DNA of 64,000 nucleotides from a bacterium (GTDB lineage Bacteria; Babelota; Babeliae; Babelales; UBA12409): NCBI GenBank assembly GCA_021823685.1, contig JAKANL010000002.1, positions 15,553 to 79,552 of the forward strand, read 5' to 3'. Shown piece by piece: positions 58,291 to 64,000 of this stretch (position 1 is its first letter; each line of letters starts with the position of its first letter). The notes under the pieces were generated by a model. It saw only the letters and a program-made list of their open reading frames with translations, ran no database searches and was not told where the DNA came from. The position numbers and the translations under genes were made by a program.

Positions 58291-59460
58291 ATGGTAAAAC
58301 GCGACCTACAAGCAAAAATTAGAAGTCTAGCCAAGCAATTTCCAGTGGTCGGTATTTTCGGCCCACGCCAATCGGGCAAGACAACATTGGCGCAAATGGC
58401 GTTCCCAAAGTATACCTATGTATCGCTTGAAGACATCAAAGCGAAAGAGCTTGCAACCAATGATCCATACAGCTTCTTCGATCTTCATCATAATAAACAC
58501 GGTATTATTTTGGACGAAATCCAGACGGTTCCATCACTTTTTTCATATCTACAAACCTGGGTTGATAAACACAAAAGGCCCGGTTATTTCGTCATTACCG
58601 GATCACAAAATTTTTTGCTCAACCAAGCCGTTACGCAAACATTGGCCGGACGTATCGCCATTACCACGCTACTCCCCTTTGCTATCCATGAACTAGTACG
58701 GGCTAAGCTACTTTCTGGCAGTCTTGATCGCGCCGTATTTCGCGGCGGCTATCCACGCATATACACACAAAAAACACTTCCTTCCGAGTGGTATCAATAT
58801 TACATTCGCACGTACGTTGAGCGCGATATACGGCAGTTAAAAAATGTCGTCAATCTGGAACAATTTCAAAAATTTATTGGGCTATGCGCTGGCCGCGTTG
58901 GACAAATACTCAATGTTTCGTCACTGGCAAACGACTGCGGCGTTACCGTAGCCACGGCAAAATCGTGGCTTTCATTGCTCCAAGCCAGCTACATCATTTT
59001 CCTGTTACAACCATACCACAAAAACTTTAGCAAGCGACTGATCAAATCGCCCAAATTATATTTTTATGATACCGGTCTGGCCTGCTCACTACTCGGTATT
59101 GATGAACCCGAACAGCTCATTATGCATTACCTGCGTGGCGGATTAACTGAATCATTTATTGTGAGTGAGGTTCTCAAAATATCATATAATCAGGGCCGCG
59201 AACCCCGCTGTTATTTTTGGCGAGATAATATGGGTCGCGAAATTGATGCCATCGTTGAGCGAGGCGGCCGCATTATTCGATTGGAAATCAAGGCGAGCAA
59301 AACGATCAGTTCAAACTTTTTTGATAACCTTACCTATTGGAACCAATTAGCCAAGCGCGATGTCACCGATAGTTATGTTATATACGCCGGTAATGAAACC
59401 TATAAACGCCAAACCGGTAATATTGTCGGCTGGAAGGATATCACGTCGATTTTCAAGTAA
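58291..59460 (+). CDS. AAA_14 + DUF4143 family ATPase (COG1373-like)
   Basis: The P-loop is VGIFGPRQSGKTTLA and Walker B is GIILDEIQ. The C-terminal half has SKRLIKSPKLYFYDTGL and EIDAIVE…LEIKAS. Confidence 0.75.
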   Translation: MVKRDLQAKIRSLAKQFPVVGIFGPRQSGKTTLAQMAFPKYTYVSLEDIKAKELATNDPYSFFDLHHNKHGIILDEIQTVPSLFSYLQTWVDKHKRPGYFVITGSQNFLLNQAVTQTLAGRIAITTLLPFAIHELVRAKLLSGSLDRAVFRGGYPRIYTQKTLPSEWYQYYIRTYVERDIRQLKNVVNLEQFQKFIGLCAGRVGQILNVSSLANDCGVTVATAKSWLSLLQASYIIFLLQPYHKNFSKRLIKSPKLYFYDTGLACSLLGIDEPEQLIMHYLRGGLTESFIVSEVLKISYNQGREPRCYFWRDNMGREIDAIVERGGRIIRLEIKASKTISSNFFDNLTYWNQLAKRDVTDSYVIYAGNETYKRQTGNIVGWKDITSIFK

Positions 59461-59462
59461 CG

Positions 59463-59471
59463 TGTTATAAT
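59463..59471 (+). promoter_or_regulatory. Perfect extended -10 element TGtTATAAT upstream of the mini-ORF/AlaX pair
   Basis: It lies 3 nt after the ATPase stop and ~40 nt upstream of ATG 59512. Confidence 0.45.
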
Positions 59472-59511
59472 TAACCAGTTAGATCCCCGAAAAGAGTGAT
59501 ATAGGTGTCCA

Positions 59512-59682
59512 ATGGTTCAGTATCAAAATAAAGTTCACGAAATCGATCAACTCAAAAAAGAAATTGACGCTCTTGGTCCGCTCTCTAAAAAAACGCTCAA
59601 TGAACTCAAAGAGTATTATCGCATCGGGTTAACGTATACAAGCAACGCGCTGGAAGGCAATTCGCTCACGGAAGGAGCCTAA
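59512..59682 (+). CDS. 56-aa ORF equal to the N-terminal alpha-inh region of Fic proteins (remnant or orphan VbhA-like antitoxin)
   Basis: Hand translation gives MVQYQNKVHEIDQLKKEIDALGPLSKKTLNELKEYYRIGLTYTSNALEGNSLTEGA*. It contains the [ST]xxxE[GN] inhibitory motif (SNALEG). No HxFx[DE]GNGR Fic core follows. Its stop is 1 nt before the next ATG. Confidence 0.5.
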   Translation: MVQYQNKVHEIDQLKKEIDALGPLSKKTLNELKEYYRIGLTYTSNALEGNSLTEGA

Positions 59683-59683
59683 C

Positions 59684-60412
59684 ATGAATCCAACAGCGCT
59701 CTTGTATTTAGAAGATTTTAAACTTTTGAACAACAAGGCCACGGTCGTCGAAATACGCCCAGAGGATAGCCGAACCGCCATTATCTTAGACCAAACTATT
59801 TTTTACCCTCAAGGTGGCGGCCAACCATTTGATTTGGGAACCATAAAAGGCGCACAGTCTCTATTCACGGTCACTGATGTACGACTTGTTGATGGAATCG
59901 CTAAACATTTTGGTACCTTTGAAGGCGCGCCGTTCCAATCCGGCGAAACGGTTGAATGCTTCGTTGACGCCGTACGGCGTGTATTGCACAACCGTATACA
60001 CTCGGCCGGCCATATTATCGATAAAGCACTTGTTGAGCTCAATATTGCGTGGCAACCGGGCAAATCCTATCATTTTGCCAATGGCCCATACGTCGAATAC
60101 ACCGGCAGCCTGAATGGTCTTGACAAAGATAAACTCAAGGCTGATATTGAACGCATTTGCAATGGCTGGATCAAACAAGGGCTTGAAGTAAAATCAATTG
60201 CCATGGATAAAAGCCAACTCACACGCCGGTGCCAGTTTGTGCCAAGTTATATTCCAGAAGGCAAACCGGTTCGCGTTATATTTTTCGGTGAATTTTGCAG
60301 CCCATGCGGGGGAACTCACGTAGGCAACATCTCAGAAATCGGCGCCATAACCATCCGTAAGATTAAAGAAGCTGATGGAGCCATCCGCGTTTCATATGAC
60401 GTAGCGCGATAG
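59684..60412 (+). CDS. AlaX-M-like trans-editing protein (Thr/Ala-tRNA synthetase second additional domain)
   Basis: Motifs are LDQTIFYPQGGGQPFDLG, the HxxxH motif HNRIHSAGHII, and the CxxxH motif CGGTHV. GGAAGGAG lies upstream of the ATG. Confidence 0.8.
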   Translation: MNPTALLYLEDFKLLNNKATVVEIRPEDSRTAIILDQTIFYPQGGGQPFDLGTIKGAQSLFTVTDVRLVDGIAKHFGTFEGAPFQSGETVECFVDAVRRVLHNRIHSAGHIIDKALVELNIAWQPGKSYHFANGPYVEYTGSLNGLDKDKLKADIERICNGWIKQGLEVKSIAMDKSQLTRRCQFVPSYIPEGKPVRVIFFGEFCSPCGGTHVGNISEIGAITIRKIKEADGAIRVSYDVAR

Positions 60413-60428
60413 CGCATACTCCAAGTAG

Positions 60429-61019
60429 CTACTTCCATGCCGAATTAAAAACACCCTGTGCAATGATTTCGTTGAGCTTCTTGCGCTCAGAGGGAAATTC
60501 GCGTTCCTGCAGTTCTTTTGGCAAATCTTCAAGCTTGCCTGGGCGGCCAATGGCGCACATAGCCTCGACCTGGTAATGCGCGGGAATTTGGAGAACTTTT
60601 TTGGCATCATCATAATCAAAGCCCTCCATGCCATGCACCACCAAGCCATTGATTGAACCCTGAAGTGCAAGATTTTCCCACGCCGCTCCCGTATCAAAAG
60701 AATGGGTTCGCTCGGGTTTTTCGTTGAACTCAAACTTTTTGCGCGAAATAATCACTAGCAGCGCCGCAGCTTTATGGCACCAGGTTCGATTAAATGGATC
60801 AAGTAAATCAAAAAAAATATTCCAGTGTGGTGAATCTTTTTTGGCGTAAATAAACCGCCATGGCTGACCGTTGTATGAAGACGGCGCCCAACGAGCGGCT
60901 TCAAAGAGTGTTTTTAATTCTTCGTCGCTTACGGCTTCGCCAGACATCGCCCGCGGCGACCAACGCTTGATAAAAATATCGCTTATTTTATGATCTGCTT
61001 TTCTTGGTACTGCTGACAT
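60429..61019 (-). CDS. Nitroreductase-family protein
   Basis: RWSPRAMSGEAVSDEELKTLFEAARWAPSSYNGQPWRF is present. The start (61019 or 61034) overlaps the 3' end of the upstream ATPase gene. Confidence 0.8.
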   Translation of the reverse strand: MSAVPRKADHKISDIFIKRWSPRAMSGEAVSDEELKTLFEAARWAPSSYNGQPWRFIYAKKDSPHWNIFFDLLDPFNRTWCHKAAALLVIISRKKFEFNEKPERTHSFDTGAAWENLALQGSINGLVVHGMEGFDYDDAKKVLQIPAHYQVEAMCAIGRPGKLEDLPKELQEREFPSERKKLNEIIAQGVFNSAWK

Positions 61020-62205
61020 GTGAACCTCTCTCAAAAATATCGTCTATATTACGCCAACTTACTACGGTACCCTGGGCGCGTTTCTGATTTTTTGAACCAG
61101 CATAAATAACGTATCCAGGCGCTGTTTTTGCGTGCGCCTTGGAAAGCGTGGAAAAATAATACAGCCCTTTAAAAAAGTCATTAACAATCGTCTTGCTTGC
61201 CTTGATTTCAACGGGAACAAGTTTGTTTTTTTTGTGAATAATACAATCAATTTCATTGCCCGTCTGATCGCGCCAAAAATAAACATGATGCGGCCGCTCG
61301 CCAGCGTTGTAATAATGTTTAATAATATCAGCAACAATCATGGATTCGATAATATTACCTCGCAGATAATGGTCGTTGAGTTGGTCGACCGATTGAATAT
61401 CGAGCAATGAACAAACCAATCCTGAATCATAAAAATAGATTTTGGGCGACTTTATCAGCCGCTTGCTAAAATTTTCATGATGCGGTTGTAAGAAAAAAAT
61501 AATGTAACTTGCTTCCAAAACCGAAAGCCACGACTTTGCCGTTCTTTGGTCAACACCACAATCAGTAGCCAAAGACGTAACATTAAGCAATTGACCAACA
61601 CGGCCGGCACATAATCGAATAAAGCGCCTAAACGTAGCAAGCTGTGAAATATTAACGATATGCCGCGCATCCCGTTCAACATATGTTTCTATGTAATCCA
61701 AATACCAGCTCACCGGATCAAGGTCGTGATCATAAATACGCGGGTAAAACCCCTTCCAAGCAAGCGATTCAATCGCCGCTGGTAACAGTTTATTTGAACG
61801 CATTTCAGCAATAGAAAGAGGTAATAACGTAAAAATGGTTATGCGCCCGGCAAGCGTTTGCGATATTGCCTGATTCAAGACAATATTTTGTGATCCAGTC
61901 AGTATAAAATACCCAGGTTTATATTCGGCATCGACGAGCAGCTGTACATACGACAAAAGTTTCGGAACGCGCTGAACCTCATCAATAATTATACCATTGC
62001 CATTATCGTATGCCTCGAAAAAACGCCGCGGATCGGCCTCGGCTAATTCGCGATCTTCAAACGTTTCAAGCGATACATACGCATATTTTTTAAAAACAGC
62101 TTTTGCCAAGGTTGTCTTTCCCGATTGTCGGGGGCCCACTATGGCAATGACCGGAATTTTCTTGGCCCGCTCTGAAAGATCTTTACGAAGATATCTGGCA
62201 AACAT
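60988..62205 (-). CDS. AAA_14 + DUF4143 family ATPase, paralogue of the 58291 gene
   Basis: The start is taken at MFARYLRKDL (GGAG upstream). It contains IAIVGPRQSGKTTLA and SKRLIKSPKIYFYDSGL. By eye it is well over half identical to the 58291 product along the full length. Confidence 0.75.
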   Translation of the reverse strand: MFARYLRKDLSERAKKIPVIAIVGPRQSGKTTLAKAVFKKYAYVSLETFEDRELAEADPRRFFEAYDNGNGIIIDEVQRVPKLLSYVQLLVDAEYKPGYFILTGSQNIVLNQAISQTLAGRITIFTLLPLSIAEMRSNKLLPAAIESLAWKGFYPRIYDHDLDPVSWYLDYIETYVERDARHIVNISQLATFRRFIRLCAGRVGQLLNVTSLATDCGVDQRTAKSWLSVLEASYIIFFLQPHHENFSKRLIKSPKIYFYDSGLVCSLLDIQSVDQLNDHYLRGNIIESMIVADIIKHYYNAGERPHHVYFWRDQTGNEIDCIIHKKNKLVPVEIKASKTIVNDFFKGLYYFSTLSKAHAKTAPGYVIYAGSKNQKRAQGTVVSWRNIDDIFERGSHVSSTKKSRS

Positions 62206-62251
62206 ACCCGCTCCAACGCTATTCAAAAACGCACAACCCCTCCCATGACAG

Positions 62252-62280
62252 ATTCTGCATCGCGATGTAGGATTTGTCAA
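62252..62280 (-). promoter_or_regulatory. Candidate sigma70 promoter for the second DUF4143 ATPase
   Basis: On the minus strand: TTGACA (62280-62275), 17-nt spacer, CAGAAT (62257-62252). Confidence 0.4.
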
Positions 62281-62328
62281 ACCGCCCTCATCAGCCATCC
62301 CAGCCAGCAGCAAAAAAATAATTTAAAT

Positions 62329-62784
62329 TTATTTGAGCGATTTTTTTAGGGCTTCGATCATCTCGCGCGTTCCGGGAAACGGAATTTTCGTATGCACCTG
62401 GCTGAGTAAAATCCACGTACCCTGCACAATTTCACGCGGACAAAGCGAGTTCTCACCTTCGACATATGCGGCAAAATACGTCACTTTTTTGCACACAAAT
62501 TTGCCATAATTTTCGCAACTGCGCGATTGGCACCTGCAATTAAATGTTTCGCAAAAAGGTTCGAGGGAAAGATATTCTTTTACGCGCAGGCCAGTTTCTT
62601 CGGTAAGCTCTCGCTGGGCAGTTTGCTTGGCGTCTTCATGCGCATCGGCATGCCCCTTGGGAAACCCCCAATGTCCAACCGTATGTTGTATGACAAAAAC
62701 CTCCCACAAGCCATCTTTTTTGCGCAGCGGAATAATGCCAAAAGACGCATCATGCGTTAATTGCTGACCTGGTTCACCATCCAT
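62329..62784 (-). CDS. Nudix hydrolase
   Basis: Complete Nudix box GHADAHEDAKQTAQRELTEETGL. A Cys-rich insert CETFNCRCQSRSCENYGKFVC is present. Confidence 0.85.
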   Translation of the reverse strand: MDGEPGQQLTHDASFGIIPLRKKDGLWEVFVIQHTVGHWGFPKGHADAHEDAKQTAQRELTEETGLRVKEYLSLEPFCETFNCRCQSRSCENYGKFVCKKVTYFAAYVEGENSLCPREIVQGTWILLSQVHTKIPFPGTREMIEALKKSLK

Positions 62785-62860
62785 AAAAACTCCTTAAACA
62801 TACGCAAGTACTCGCCAAAATTATATGCGTAATTATTAAGCGTAACAAACAAAAATACTC

Positions 62861-63751
62861 TTAAACCGAGTCTCTGCCCGCTCGTTGCCTAAATCGTACA
62901 CTCTCTTCATAAATGGCTCGAGCAAATTCATCCATCAATATGATAATATCGTCTGTAGATTCCTTATCTTCCTGCCCAGCAGCCTGGGTTGGGAAACGCG
63001 ATTGATCGAGAATCCTCTGCGCAACCTTAGTTTGCCGCACAAGATAAGGATTCTCAGATATTATCAGACATGAACCGGCATGCGGTGCAATTTGAGAAAA
63101 AGCGGTCAATACACTGTCTGATGTAGGACGTACAAGTGTACCATCGCTCTTTTTTATCATGGGCGCATTTACAAACAATACCCGTTTTACCCCTAAGATT
63201 GGATGCTGCTCCAAACAATAACTCATCATTTGAGCCTCAGTGGAAATTGGAGAAGGTAGTCCATCTTTTTCATTATCACGCAATGGGCGTGCACTACCCA
63301 GCGATACGATCTCTCCAAAAACATAACCGCGCTGCTCAAGCTCGGCTAAATGATCAAGTTGCCGCACAAATGATGCTCTTAAAGTCCCCATAATAAGCGC
63401 GTAAGCGTACGATTTTTGTGCGGGCATTACGCAATCGACCATCCCCAATGCCCTGAGATCTCGCAGCAAAGCTTCCTTATTCTTCAAACATTTTTTGCGA
63501 ATGTCTGTTTCGGCTTGAGCGTCCCATCGCTCACCATCGCGAAGAAGATGTTTTTGGGCAAATGCATTTGCTTCAAACAGCGTTGTAACCGGCGCTCCCA
63601 AATGATCAAACACGTTGCGCATTTTTTCGGTCAATATACCATTATTGTGAATTGAAGGCTCCATTGCAAAAGTGAGAAACATGGGGCTTGCTCCAACGAG
63701 AAAAATAAACACTAAGCAACAACGCACCGAATAAAAAACTACATTTTTCAT
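62861..63751 (-). CDS. Hypothetical secreted protein (weak DUF218/YdcF-like pattern)
   Basis: The leader is CCLVFIFLVGASPMFLTFA. STEAQMM … RPTSDSV … LIISENPYLVRQ loosely follows the DUF218 pattern sEA..m … nT.eN … VTs.yH..R. Confidence 0.4.
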   Translation of the reverse strand: MKNVVFYSVRCCLVFIFLVGASPMFLTFAMEPSIHNNGILTEKMRNVFDHLGAPVTTLFEANAFAQKHLLRDGERWDAQAETDIRKKCLKNKEALLRDLRALGMVDCVMPAQKSYAYALIMGTLRASFVRQLDHLAELEQRGYVFGEIVSLGSARPLRDNEKDGLPSPISTEAQMMSYCLEQHPILGVKRVLFVNAPMIKKSDGTLVRPTSDSVLTAFSQIAPHAGSCLIISENPYLVRQTKVAQRILDQSRFPTQAAGQEDKESTDDIIILMDEFARAIYEESVRFRQRAGRDSV

Positions 63752-63836
63752 ACAACTCTTACCAAGAAAAAGTCTGCAAACAAAACATCGTCAGGAAAAA
63801 ATTTAACACTGCTTTCATTTAGTCTCACTCGTTTTT

Positions 63837-64000
63837 TTAATAAAGCCTCAATTCGTCAACACGTTTGGCGAGCGTACGGATATACGTGTAATTTTCCATG
63901 GATCGAAGCACGGTATCGCTATAAAAACGTTCATGGGAATATGCCCCAACAAGAGCTCCCGCCAATGTTGCAATACTGTCGCTATCGCCAGGCGTATGCA
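63837..64000 (-). CDS. ADP-ribosylglycohydrolase family protein, C-terminal fragment (gene enters from the right edge)
   Basis: Hand translation gives …HTPGDSDSIATLAGALVGAYSHERFYSDTVLRSMENYTYIRTLAKRVDELRLY*. GDSDSIA…AGAL.GAY is the characteristic C-terminal metal-binding motif of the family. Confidence 0.55.
   Translation of the reverse strand, partial: HTPGDSDSIATLAGALVGAYSHERFYSDTVLRSMENYTYIRTLAKRVDELRLY

Overview
Densely coded 64-kb chromosomal segment from a bacterium, with about 75 genes on both strands and short intergenic gaps. All calls come from reading the ORF translations and the raw sequence by eye. No HMM or BLAST searches were run, and start codons are best guesses.

Housekeeping content:
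- Initiator tRNA-fMet, secA, and atpD-atpC
- A tightly coupled lgt-dnaG-rpoD-corC block, then priA, polA, rpmA, secF, rho and tsaD
- smpB followed by tmRNA (ssrA), then mutL and typA
- atpE-b'-b-atpH-atpA, a deoxynucleoside kinase, and recD2
- Two ABC systems

Accessory and host-interaction-type genes are interspersed:
- A signal-peptide RING-H2 + LRR protein
- A secreted ankyrin protein
- A secreted transglutaminase-fold protein
- A DXD glycosyltransferase
- Two frameshifted or partial secreted repeat proteins
- Three tandem glycine-zipper membrane paralogues
- A cell-wall-flavoured cluster: degenerate amidase, GerMN-like protein, two secreted VanX-type dipeptidases, a secreted GNAT and an ABC-2 exporter
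- A right-hand island with two convergently oriented AAA_14/DUF4143 ATPases, an orphan Fic alpha-inh mini-ORF coupled to an AlaX-like gene, a nitroreductase, a Nudix hydrolase and an ADP-ribosylglycohydrolase fragment

I recognised no rRNA, CRISPR array, transposase or integrase.

The gene set (ANK/LRR/RING proteins, nucleoside salvage, split and incomplete atp loci) suggests a reduced, host-associated diderm, possibly Dependentiae/TM6-like. That is inference only.

Best novelty candidates:
- The RING-LRR effector
- The HerA-like ATPase fused into the atpDC operon behind a truncated epsilon subunit
- The tandem glycine-zipper family
- The alpha-inh/AlaX bicistron
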